Origin: Dehalococcoidia bacterium
Lineage (GTDB): Bacteria > Chloroflexota > Dehalococcoidia > Lucifugimonadales > UBA1123
Direction: 5' to 3'
NCBI GenBank assembly: GCA_963665255.1
Contig: OY762210.1
Coordinates: 1,588,631-1,652,630 of the forward strand
DNA length: 64,000 nucleotides
In this document: piece by piece, positions 27,134 through 35,236 of the stretch
Layout: each line of letters begins with the position of its first letter
Position numbering within the stretch: position 1 is the stretch's first letter
Position numbers and translations under genes: made by a program
Notes under the pieces: model-generated
The model's input: the letters and a program-made list of their open reading frames with translations, nothing else
What the model was told of the DNA's origin: nothing
Databases searched by the model: none

Positions 27134-29632
27134 ATGTACGTGGACCAAGAGAAGAGCGGGTCAAGGCACGAAGAGCCTCGCGTGGATCTCGTCAGCGAAG
27201 TAGAGAGACTACTTGAAGGAGTGTCCGGCGAACTGCGAAGCCGGATAGTCCAATCGCTCGCTGAGCCATCGAATTCCGAGACGCATACACCAGCGGCGCA
27301 GGACGGGCTTGCACTTTCAGAGAACGCGCGTGTCATCCTCGAACAGCGCTACCTTCGGAAGGACGAGGATGGTAACCCGACAGAAACAGCCGCCGAGCTA
27401 TTTCGGCGGGTGGCTCGTGCCGTCGCTCAGGGGGAGAACGAGCCAGTGCAGACAATATGGGAGAACAGGTTCTTCGACCTGCTTGCCTCTTTGAAGTTCC
27501 TGCCGAACTCGCCAACGCTCGTAAACGCGGGGACGGGACGAGGCTGTTTGTCGGCGTGCTTTGTTGTCACACCTGAAGACAACATGGAATCGATCATGGA
27601 CGTCGCGCACGACGCCGCAATGATCGAAAAGTGGGGAGGAGGAATCGGCTTTGGCTTCTCCAAGCTCCGTCCCCGCAACGACATGATTAAGACAACACAC
27701 GGCCACGCATGTGGACCAATCGCGGTCATGAAACTGTACTCGTCGGTTGGCGCGACGTTGACACAGGGTGCCTTCAGGCTCGGCGCGCACATGGGGCAGC
27801 TCCGTGACTCCCACCCAGATATCCGGGAGTTCATTACCTGCAAGGACGACGACGACACGCTGCAGAACTTCAACATCTCGGTGCAGATAACAGACGCCTT
27901 CATGCAGGCAGTCAGAGATGACGCAGAGTGGGATCTCGTTAACCCCAGAGACGAGGGCAGTGGCCCCACCGATGTAGTAGTGGAGACCATCCGTGCCCGC
28001 GACCTGTGGGATGAGATTGCGCAGTCGGCCTGGAAGACTGGCGACCCCGGCGTGGTCTTCATGGACCGCGTATGGGAGACGGCTCCGAATCCCCAGATGG
28101 GAAGGATCGAGACCTCCAATCCATGTGGTGAAGAGTTCCTGGAGGACTACGGCAACTGCTGCCTTGGCTCCATAAACCTGGACGGTCATGTGGTTGATGG
28201 ACACTTCGACTGGAAGTTGCTAGAGGATACGGTCAGGACCTCCGTTAGATTCCTTGACGACGTCATCAATGTGAACACGTTCCCGCTTCCCAAGCTGCGT
28301 GAAGTCAACCTGGCCACCCGCCGCATTGGCCTCGGCGTGATGGGTTGGGCCGATGCGCTGGTCAGGATGAACGTTCCATACGATTCACAGGAGGGGCTTG
28401 ACCTCGCTGACGAATTGGGCGGATTCATCCAGAGAGTGGCTTGGGACGAATCTGCCAATTTGGCGCGCGAGCGAGGACCTTTCCCCGAATATGAAAGGTC
28501 TGCGCTTAAGGACAGGGGTCTTCCTCCGGTTCGAAACTCCAGCATCGTTACAATCGCCCCGACGGGAACAATCAGCCGGCTTGCAGGCTGCTCGAGCGGA
28601 ATAGAGCCTCACTTCGCCATGGCCTGGTGGTCGAACGTTCTCTGGAAGGACCACGCGGGCAGCAGCTCAAGGTTGCTCGATGCTCCTGTGTCGATCACAG
28701 AATCACTCCGGGCAGAACTGGGTAGCGATGCCCGGGTCAGGCAGGTGCTGGAAGAGATCACGGATAACCCTGAAGGGGCAGAGAGCATCCTGAAGGAGCA
28801 CGGGCTTAATCCGGCGATCTACCGGACGTCGATGGCGATAAGTCCCGAAGCTCACGTCCGGATGCAGGCAGCGTGGCAGAAGCACGTCACCAATTCTGTT
28901 TCAAAGACGATCAACTTGCCCAACAGCGCTACCATCGACGATGTGCGGGAGGCCTACGAACTCGCGTGGGAGACGGGGTGCAAGGCTGTAACCGTATACC
29001 GAGATGGATCGAAGTCGATGCAGGTACTGGAGACGAGGTCCGACTCCACGGATACAGGTGAGGCAATCGTCGATCAGACAAGAATGCTGGTACCTAGAGA
29101 GCGACCGACTTCCGTAGCTGGCGTGACCGATCGCGTCCGCACGGGCCACGGCAACATGTACGTCACCATAACCTTCGACGACGAATCCAAGCCCTTTGAG
29201 GTCTTTACGACGCTGGGAAAGGCTGGCGGATGCGATTCTGCCAACCTCGAAGCTGTATCCCGGCTGGTGTCTCTTGCCCTGCGATCAGGGATTGACCCTG
29301 ACCAGATTGTGGCGCACCTGCAGGGCATTACTTGTTGCCCTGCCTGGGACGGCGGGACTTTGATCCGTTCGGCGCCAGACGCCATGGCTCACACGCTGGT
29401 CAATCACATTCATGCGGGACACCGGGCCGTGGCAGGTCCGTCTGTGGAACAGCAGCCGACGGTCGTTCAACCGGGGCTGTTCCCATCGACTCGCCGGTCA
29501 AATGTACCTTCGAACGGCAATGGACACTCACAGGCGCCCTCAGGAGCGAGTTGCCCGAAGTGTTCCGGCAGGCTGATCCCGCAGGAAGGATGCCTCAACT
29601 GTCTCGACTGCGGCTACAGTAAGTGCGAGTAG
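27134..29632 (+). CDS. nrdJ: Class II (adenosylcobalamin-dependent) ribonucleotide reductase
   Basis: 832 aa. LPNSPTLVNAG, SACFV, NPCGEEFL (active-site Cys/Glu), TIAPTGT, and a C-terminal Cys4 ribbon CPKCSG..CLNCLDCG. Confidence 0.92.
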   Translation: MYVDQEKSGSRHEEPRVDLVSEVERLLEGVSGELRSRIVQSLAEPSNSETHTPAAQDGLALSENARVILEQRYLRKDEDGNPTETAAELFRRVARAVAQGENEPVQTIWENRFFDLLASLKFLPNSPTLVNAGTGRGCLSACFVVTPEDNMESIMDVAHDAAMIEKWGGGIGFGFSKLRPRNDMIKTTHGHACGPIAVMKLYSSVGATLTQGAFRLGAHMGQLRDSHPDIREFITCKDDDDTLQNFNISVQITDAFMQAVRDDAEWDLVNPRDEGSGPTDVVVETIRARDLWDEIAQSAWKTGDPGVVFMDRVWETAPNPQMGRIETSNPCGEEFLEDYGNCCLGSINLDGHVVDGHFDWKLLEDTVRTSVRFLDDVINVNTFPLPKLREVNLATRRIGLGVMGWADALVRMNVPYDSQEGLDLADELGGFIQRVAWDESANLARERGPFPEYERSALKDRGLPPVRNSSIVTIAPTGTISRLAGCSSGIEPHFAMAWWSNVLWKDHAGSSSRLLDAPVSITESLRAELGSDARVRQVLEEITDNPEGAESILKEHGLNPAIYRTSMAISPEAHVRMQAAWQKHVTNSVSKTINLPNSATIDDVREAYELAWETGCKAVTVYRDGSKSMQVLETRSDSTDTGEAIVDQTRMLVPRERPTSVAGVTDRVRTGHGNMYVTITFDDESKPFEVFTTLGKAGGCDSANLEAVSRLVSLALRSGIDPDQIVAHLQGITCCPAWDGGTLIRSAPDAMAHTLVNHIHAGHRAVAGPSVEQQPTVVQPGLFPSTRRSNVPSNGNGHSQAPSGASCPKCSGRLIPQEGCLNCLDCGYSKCE

Positions 29633-29647
29633 TTTCCTGCCTCTGAA

Positions 29648-29673
29648 GTCCCCTCTACGCCAGTAGAGGGGAC
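29648..29673 (+). terminator. Stem-loop after nrdJ (possible terminator, no U-tract)
   Basis: GTCCCCTCTA-cgccag-TAGAGGGGAC, a 10-bp perfect stem that is not followed by a T run. Confidence 0.4.
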
Positions 29674-29723
29674 AGCCTCCTCTCCATTCCTGTTAACCCC
29701 ATCCTCCGGCGGCGGCCAAGCAA

Positions 29724-29731
29724 TGTATAAT
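29724..29731 (+). promoter_or_regulatory. Extended -10 element (TGTATAAT) upstream of pdxA
   Basis: TG-T-TATAAT at 29724..29731. GGAGG at 29756..29760 and ATG at 29770 follow. Confidence 0.4.
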
Positions 29732-29769
29732 GCTTGAGGAATGCATTTGAGCCGCGGAGGCAATTCTTT

Positions 29770-30774
29770 ATGAACCAGCGCCCCCTGGTCGCTATTACGA
29801 TGGGCGACGCAGCAGGAATCGGAGCAGAGGTAACTGCCAAGGCACTTCAGGACCCTTGGGTCTATGAGAAGTGCAGGCCCTTCGTAGTTGGGAATGCAGG
29901 CTCTATGAATGCGGCCCTCGACCTGATTGGCAGCGGCGGGCGCGCTCGTGTCGTGCATGACCTAGAGGACGTTCTGGGGCAGCATGGAGACGTCGACGTC
30001 CTGGATTTGGAGAACCTGGACTACGACAGCATCGAATATGGCGTCGTCTCTCCGGTCGCGGGCAAAGCCTCGGTCGAGTGGATCCTGAAAGCTGGTGAAC
30101 TCGCTGCATCTGGAAAGGTCGCAGCAATTACAACCGCCCCGATCAACAAAGAGGCGTGCAGCCTTGCAGGCCACAGAGACATTGGCCACATGGAGATCTT
30201 CCAGAGCCAGACGCAGGCGTCCAATGTAGCCACAATGCTGATGGCGGGGACTCTCCGCGTGGTGCACCTGACTACTCACCGATCGCTGAGAGTGGCTTGC
30301 GACTACGTAACTATCGACAACGTTCTGGGCAAGATCGAGTTGACGGACCAGTGCTTCAAGGAGTGGGGATTCGACAGTCCCCGCATTGGAGTCGCGGCCT
30401 TGAATCCACATGCCTCAGATGGTGGACTCATAGGCACTGAAGAGGCTGAGCAGATTGAGCCGGCTGTTGCGCAAGCCCAAGAGAAGGGCATCGACGCGAC
30501 AGGCCCAGTCCCAGCCGATACGGTTTTCAACCAGGCCATTGACGGCAAATACGACGCCGTCATCGCCATGTATCACGACCAGGGACACATTCCGATCAAG
30601 GTGCATGACTGGGCCAGGAGTGTGAGCGTTAACCTTGGCCTGCCGTTCGTTCGAACTTCGGTCGACCATGGAACTGCCTTTGACATCGCTGGAAAGGGCA
30701 TTGCGGACGCCAAAAGCATGCTGGAGTCAATCCGAGTTGCAGTCTCACTTGCAAGCGATTCTATCCTTCCATAG
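29770..30774 (+). CDS. pdxA: 4-hydroxythreonine-4-phosphate dehydrogenase family (PdxA/PdxA2)
   Basis: ITMGDAAGIG, TAPINKEA, ALNPHASDGG, MYHDQGHIPIK and VRTSVDHGTAFDIAGKG. Start set at ATG 29770 because the longer ORF would begin inside the -10 element. Confidence 0.88.
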   Translation: MNQRPLVAITMGDAAGIGAEVTAKALQDPWVYEKCRPFVVGNAGSMNAALDLIGSGGRARVVHDLEDVLGQHGDVDVLDLENLDYDSIEYGVVSPVAGKASVEWILKAGELAASGKVAAITTAPINKEACSLAGHRDIGHMEIFQSQTQASNVATMLMAGTLRVVHLTTHRSLRVACDYVTIDNVLGKIELTDQCFKEWGFDSPRIGVAALNPHASDGGLIGTEEAEQIEPAVAQAQEKGIDATGPVPADTVFNQAIDGKYDAVIAMYHDQGHIPIKVHDWARSVSVNLGLPFVRTSVDHGTAFDIAGKGIADAKSMLESIRVAVSLASDSILP

Positions 30775-30826
30775 GTCACCTTCCGCCTGACTCTCTTCCT
30801 AACTCAACTACACCAAGGACACTGAC

Positions 30827-31627
30827 ATGAAAATCGCATTTGTAGGCGGCGGAGTGATGGCTGAGGCGATCATAAGTGGAATCGTCGGAGCCGAGGTGGC
30901 GTCACCCTCCGACATCTGTGTTGGGGAGCCAAGCGAGACTCGCCGCGATCACCTGGAAGAGGCCTACTCTATTCAGACGACCCCGGACAATCTCGAAGCT
31001 ATCGACGGCGCGAGTCTCACAGTACTAGCAGTCAAGCCTCAGACTCTCCCCTACGTTTACCCTCAGATCAGGGACGGTCTGACCCAGGACAACACGGTGG
31101 TGTCTATCGTCGCCGGGGCGACCATGAGCAACCTCACTTCGGGCCTTGGGCATGCTCCTATCATCCGGGTAATGCCAAATACGCCGGCGCAGATCGGAGC
31201 TGGCATGACGATGTGGATGGCCTCGGATGCCGTTCCCAAAGAGACTGTGGACACGGCCCGGTCCATAGTGCAGACCCTCGGCAAGGAGATCTACACAAAC
31301 GACGAGAAGATGATCGACATGGCAACCGCCCTAAGTGCGAGCGGACCGGCCTACGTCTTCCTGTTTATCGAGTCGCTGATCGATGCCGGAGTGTACCTGG
31401 GACTCTCGCGCGAGGTGTCATGGCAGCTTGCCATACAGACCATCCTGGGAAGTACCCAGTTAGTCCAGGACACAGGCATCCACCCAGCCGAACTGAAGGA
31501 CATGGTCACGTCCCCAGGCGGCACGACCATAGAGGCGCTCAGGGCATTCGAAGAGGGAGGCTTCAGGGCGCTCGTCTTCAGTGCGGTAGACGCCGCCTAT
31601 GAGAAGTCCAAGGCTCTGGGTGGCTAG
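30827..31627 (+). CDS. proC: Pyrroline-5-carboxylate reductase
   Basis: MKIAFVGGGVMAEA..AVKPQ..RVMPNTPAQIG..TSPGGTTIEAL. Confidence 0.92.
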   Translation: MKIAFVGGGVMAEAIISGIVGAEVASPSDICVGEPSETRRDHLEEAYSIQTTPDNLEAIDGASLTVLAVKPQTLPYVYPQIRDGLTQDNTVVSIVAGATMSNLTSGLGHAPIIRVMPNTPAQIGAGMTMWMASDAVPKETVDTARSIVQTLGKEIYTNDEKMIDMATALSASGPAYVFLFIESLIDAGVYLGLSREVSWQLAIQTILGSTQLVQDTGIHPAELKDMVTSPGGTTIEALRAFEEGGFRALVFSAVDAAYEKSKALGG

Positions 31628-31630
31628 CCC

Positions 31631-31894
31631 ATGAACCAGTTCCTGATCCAGTTTGTAAACATCCTCATACCAGTGCTGTACGTGTCGATACTGGCCAGGG
31701 TGATTGTGTCGTGGATCCCCATCGGCGAGGACAGCCCATTCGCACCAATCGTGAGGGCGATCTACCAGATTACTGAACCGATTCTTGGGCCGATCCGTCG
31801 CCTCATCCCCGGACTCGGGATGTTCGACCTCTCGCCAATGATCGCCATAATCCTGCTCATGGTGATACAGAGGATACTGGTAGCCGCTCTGTAA
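31631..31894 (+). CDS. yggT: YggT-family membrane protein
   Basis: 87 aa with two TM helices. ARVIVSWIP....I.QITEPILGPIRRLIP..GMFDLSP matches the YggT pattern. It lies 3 nt after proC. Confidence 0.85.
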   Translation: MNQFLIQFVNILIPVLYVSILARVIVSWIPIGEDSPFAPIVRAIYQITEPILGPIRRLIPGLGMFDLSPMIAIILLMVIQRILVAAL

Positions 31895-31932
31895 GGTGTC
31901 CCGACGCTTACTGCTCTGGGCGGCCAACCGCC

Positions 31933-32691
31933 CTATGCGTGCGCCAATGCGCCTCCGTCTATGAAGAAGGTCTGACCGGTAACAAAACCGCACGCGTCCG
32001 ACGACAGGTAGACCAGCAGCGAAGCGAGGTCGTTCGGATGCCCCTTGCGTCTTGAAGGCAGATATCTCACCAGCAGCTCGCGCTGGTCTTCCTCTGAGGG
32101 TTCGCTTGTCGACATCCAGCCAGCGCCGATACCGTTGACCCTGATGCCCTCTCGTCCCCATTCCAGTGCTAGCGACGTCGTGATCTGGTGGATTGCTCCC
32201 TGTGCTGCGCAGGCCGCAACCGAGTTCCACAAGCCCCGTTGTGACAGCGCGGTCCCGATGTTGACTATCCGACCACTGCGCTGTTTCAGCATGCGCCTTC
32301 CAACGGCCTGGCACGTCAAGTACATGGACTTCACGTTGAAGTCCATCAGCATGGACCACTCGTTTTCTGTTACGTGCTCGAAGCGCTTTCCAAACTCGGC
32401 GCTCGCATTGTTCACCAGTATGTCCACGCCACCCAGCTCGTCCTCTGCCCTGAAGACCATGGCCTCGACGCTTACCCTGTCGGTCAGGTCAGTAGCGACG
32501 GCAATGGCTGTGCCACCCTGGGATGTCACCGCATCGACGGCGTCTGACATATCCGATCCGTCAGAACCGGCTACGGCAACTGAAGCTCCAGCTTCGGCTA
32601 GCGCGGACGCCAGAAAGGGCGTCCATCCCCTACGGTCAGCCGTGATTATCGCTTTCTTTCCGGTCAGGTCCCACTCACTTGGGATGCTCAT
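31933..32691 (-). CDS. SDR-fold protein with degenerate cofactor and catalytic motifs (probable non-catalytic paralogue)
   Basis: Clear SDR fold (LVNNAS, IVNIG, IRVNGIGAG, GQTFFIDGG). However TGxxxGxG is TADRRGWT, and the YxxxK position reads A-C-A-A-Q when aligned with the neighbouring SDR. Confidence 0.8.
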   Translation of the reverse strand: MSIPSEWDLTGKKAIITADRRGWTPFLASALAEAGASVAVAGSDGSDMSDAVDAVTSQGGTAIAVATDLTDRVSVEAMVFRAEDELGGVDILVNNASAEFGKRFEHVTENEWSMLMDFNVKSMYLTCQAVGRRMLKQRSGRIVNIGTALSQRGLWNSVAACAAQGAIHQITTSLALEWGREGIRVNGIGAGWMSTSEPSEEDQRELLVRYLPSRRKGHPNDLASLLVYLSSDACGFVTGQTFFIDGGALAHA

Positions 32692-32724
32692 TTTCCCCTC
32701 GAATTCTGTATAGAGTTATCAGTA

Positions 32725-33531
32725 TCAGATGACCAGCGGGATCTCGGGTGCATGTCCCGTGGGTGCTGCACCGCCTGCGAGACCTCCCCCGTCTATGATG
32801 AACGATTCGCCATTCATGTAATCCGAAGCGCCGGATGCGAGGAAGACTGCAACGGCTCCCATCTCGTAGGGATGTCCCACTCGGCCAACAGGTATGAACT
32901 CACCCCTGGGCAGAGTAAGCCGCGACTCGTCAGTGCCTTCAGTTGGTATGAACCCGGGCACGATACAGGTGCTCGTTATACCGTATCTGCCCAGACTCGT
33001 TGCAAGCACACGAGTAAGATTTACGATTCCTCCCTTGCCGACGCAGTACATGTAGTTGTCCCTACCGCCTCGGTATCCGAACCCGGAGGACACGTTGATG
33101 ATCTTTCCGCCCCCACGCTCCACCATGTGCTTGGCGATTGCACGGGCACAATAGAACGCACTCGACATGTTGACATCGATGCCTACTTGCCAGTCGTCGT
33201 CAGTGATTTCCCATATCGGTATCGCGCCCTGGCCCCGAACGATCCCAGCGTTGTTCAGCAGCACATCTACTTTGCCGAGCTCGTCAATTGCTGAATCCAT
33301 CAGGCTCTTGACCTGCGCGGTGTCGGTCACGTCTGCTGAGATCGCTACGGCCTTTCTACCGAGGGCTCTCGCCTCCTCAGCGACTTCCTCAATTGGCCCG
33401 GTCCGGCGGGCTGCAATGACGATGTCGGCTCCTGCCCGGGCCATCGCCAGGGTCATTTCCCGGCCTAGTCCTGTGCCACCACCGGTGATGACAACCCCTT
33501 TGCCTTCAAGGCTTAGTTTCTCTGAGAGCAT
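32725..33531 (-). CDS. Short-chain dehydrogenase/reductase (classical)
   Basis: ITGGGTGLGR, NNAG, NVSS and YCVGK (YxxxK) are all intact. Confidence 0.88.
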   Translation of the reverse strand: MLSEKLSLEGKGVVITGGGTGLGREMTLAMARAGADIVIAARRTGPIEEVAEEARALGRKAVAISADVTDTAQVKSLMDSAIDELGKVDVLLNNAGIVRGQGAIPIWEITDDDWQVGIDVNMSSAFYCARAIAKHMVERGGGKIINVSSGFGYRGGRDNYMYCVGKGGIVNLTRVLATSLGRYGITSTCIVPGFIPTEGTDESRLTLPRGEFIPVGRVGHPYEMGAVAVFLASGASDYMNGESFIIDGGGLAGGAAPTGHAPEIPLVI

Positions 33532-33571
33532 GATTTGTCTCCGATTTATTCTCGTTGGTGAGTGAGCCGAA

Positions 33572-34348
33572 TTATACTTGCGATGTTACTTCTCCCGCTA
33601 CGGCTCGCACACGAGAGCCGTCACGTTGAACCACTACGAGATTGCCACTTTCGTCCACCGACTCAGCAAGCCCTTCAATCGTGCTGTCCCGCCATCTGAG
33701 TAGAACCTGTTTGCCGATCGTCTCCAGGCTCCCTGCCCACAGTTTCGTGAGGGACTCTCCCGCGACGACCCTTCCGTACCACTCTTCCAGATTGCGCAGG
33801 ACTGTAATGAGGACTTCACTCCTGTCAAACGTTCGACCGGTTGCAGTTCGCAGGCTGGTGGCTGTCTCTGAGATCTCGGGATAGGAGGCTACGTCAAGAT
33901 TGACGTTAAGGCCGATTCCAACGAGGGCGTGCTCCAGCTTCCCACCTTCGAATTCGGTCTCGATAAGAATGCCGCTTATCTTTCTTCCACCAATACGTAC
34001 GTCGTTCGGCCACTTGACCGCGGTTGGCAGCCCCGTTGAGTGTGAGACGGTCCGGTGAACCGCAAGCGTTGCAGCCATGTTCACGTAGGTCAACTGCTCG
34101 GGAGCCGGACGAAGAAGTGCGGTGAAGTACAGGTTGAGGCCGGGAGGGGAGACCCACGTTCGATCGAACCGTCCACGACCGCGGCCCTGCTGTTCTGCTA
34201 TGACCACAGCACCTTCAGGCTTGCCATCTCGGGCCATTGCCCTGGCAACGTCCATGGTGGAGCCAGTTTCCATGTGGTAGCTGATTCTGTGGCCAATAGT
34301 GGAGTCCGCCATTGCGGCTTCGATGCGTCCGATATCCAGAAGCTCCAC
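33572..34348 (-). CDS. birA: Biotin-[acetyl-CoA-carboxylase] ligase (group I, no N-terminal HTH)
   Basis: STMDVA..AEQQGRGRGRFDRTWVSPPG..KWPNDV..GKKISGILIE pattern, 258 aa. Confidence 0.88.
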   Translation of the reverse strand: MELLDIGRIEAAMADSTIGHRISYHMETGSTMDVARAMARDGKPEGAVVIAEQQGRGRGRFDRTWVSPPGLNLYFTALLRPAPEQLTYVNMAATLAVHRTVSHSTGLPTAVKWPNDVRIGGRKISGILIETEFEGGKLEHALVGIGLNVNLDVASYPEISETATSLRTATGRTFDRSEVLITVLRNLEEWYGRVVAGESLTKLWAGSLETIGKQVLLRWRDSTIEGLAESVDESGNLVVVQRDGSRVRAVAGEVTSQV

Positions 34349-34354
34349 GACGAG

Positions 34355-34744
34355 TCAGCCAGTCGTCGGGATGAGCTCGACCAGCTTACTGCCTTCCACC
34401 CAAGGCTCAATATCCAGTCCTTGTCCCTGTCTGAACGCGGACTGGGCAGCCAGGCGGGTAAAGACATCCCTTCGTTCGTCTTCGCCAGTGATGGGGCGAG
34501 CACTGACAGTGATGTCCGCCTTTACTTCATCCTTCAGATGCAGTGTTACATCCCGGTTGGCGTAGAGGTTCGCGTACCAGCTTCGTGGTCCAGGAGAAGC
34601 AGCCAGGTACAGTTGACCGTCCATCAGGTGGCACCAGATCTCTATTCGTCTGGGTTGACCTGAACTTCGTCCAGTGGTCGTAATGTCCACGACCATGTCA
34701 ATAGAAAGAGCGTCCCTTACTGCGGATTCCAAGTTCTGCAACAT
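34355..34744 (-). CDS. Deazaflavin (F420H2)-dependent nitroreductase/quinone reductase family (PF04075-like)
   Basis: DITTTGRSSGQPRRIEIW....GQLYLAASPGPRSWYANL matches the DDN-family core. Start uncertain: ATG 34744 (behind GGAGG) is preferred over the ORF-track start at 34873. Confidence 0.7.
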   Translation of the reverse strand: MLQNLESAVRDALSIDMVVDITTTGRSSGQPRRIEIWCHLMDGQLYLAASPGPRSWYANLYANRDVTLHLKDEVKADITVSARPITGEDERRDVFTRLAAQSAFRQGQGLDIEPWVEGSKLVELIPTTG

Positions 34745-34908
34745 CAACCTCCACTGCCGGGTTTGGGGCGATTCGGCAGGTTTCAATCTTCTCACACAGG
34801 TTTCAGCGGTACAACTGACTGGTCCCCGCCCGAGGGCTATTGCGTTGAACTCGAACCAGCCCACTGCTACCATCTGACCGATTCGAATTGGTAAGCAGGA
34901 GGATGTCG

Positions 34909-35235
34909 ATGATCTACGAATACCGCGTGTACGAAGCAGCCCCAGGCAAGATGGAAGCCCTGAACGCCAGGTTCCGAAACCACACTCTTGGAATCTTTGA
35001 GCGTCACGGGATCAAGAACATTGGTTACTGGACTTCGGCGGTTGGAGACTACTCGGACCGACTGATCTACATCATCGCTTTTGAAGACGAAGGCCATCGC
35101 GAGCGAGCTTGGGCTGCGTTCCGAGCTGACCCTGAATGGAACAAAGTACGTTCAGAGACTGAAGTTGATGGTGCTCTGACCGCCAGGGTTTTCAACACGC
35201 TCCTAAGCCCAACTGACTACTCACCGCTACAGTAA
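34909..35235 (+). CDS. NIPSNAP-family protein
   Basis: MIYEYRVYEAAPGKMEALNARFRNHTLGIFERHGIKNIGYW is typical of NIPSNAP. AGGAGG at 34897..34902 favours ATG 34909. Confidence 0.75.
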   Translation: MIYEYRVYEAAPGKMEALNARFRNHTLGIFERHGIKNIGYWTSAVGDYSDRLIYIIAFEDEGHRERAWAAFRADPEWNKVRSETEVDGALTARVFNTLLSPTDYSPLQ

Positions 35236-35236
35236 A

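Noticed and set aside
27398-28204. Long antisense ORFs at 27398..28204, 31460..32359, 37867..38790, 44008..44790, 47891..48607 and 51145..51792
   Set aside because: Each is fully embedded antisense to a gene with strong family motifs (nrdJ, proC/yggT/SDR, hyuB, coxL-like, TPP enzymes). None has an SD or a recognisable domain.
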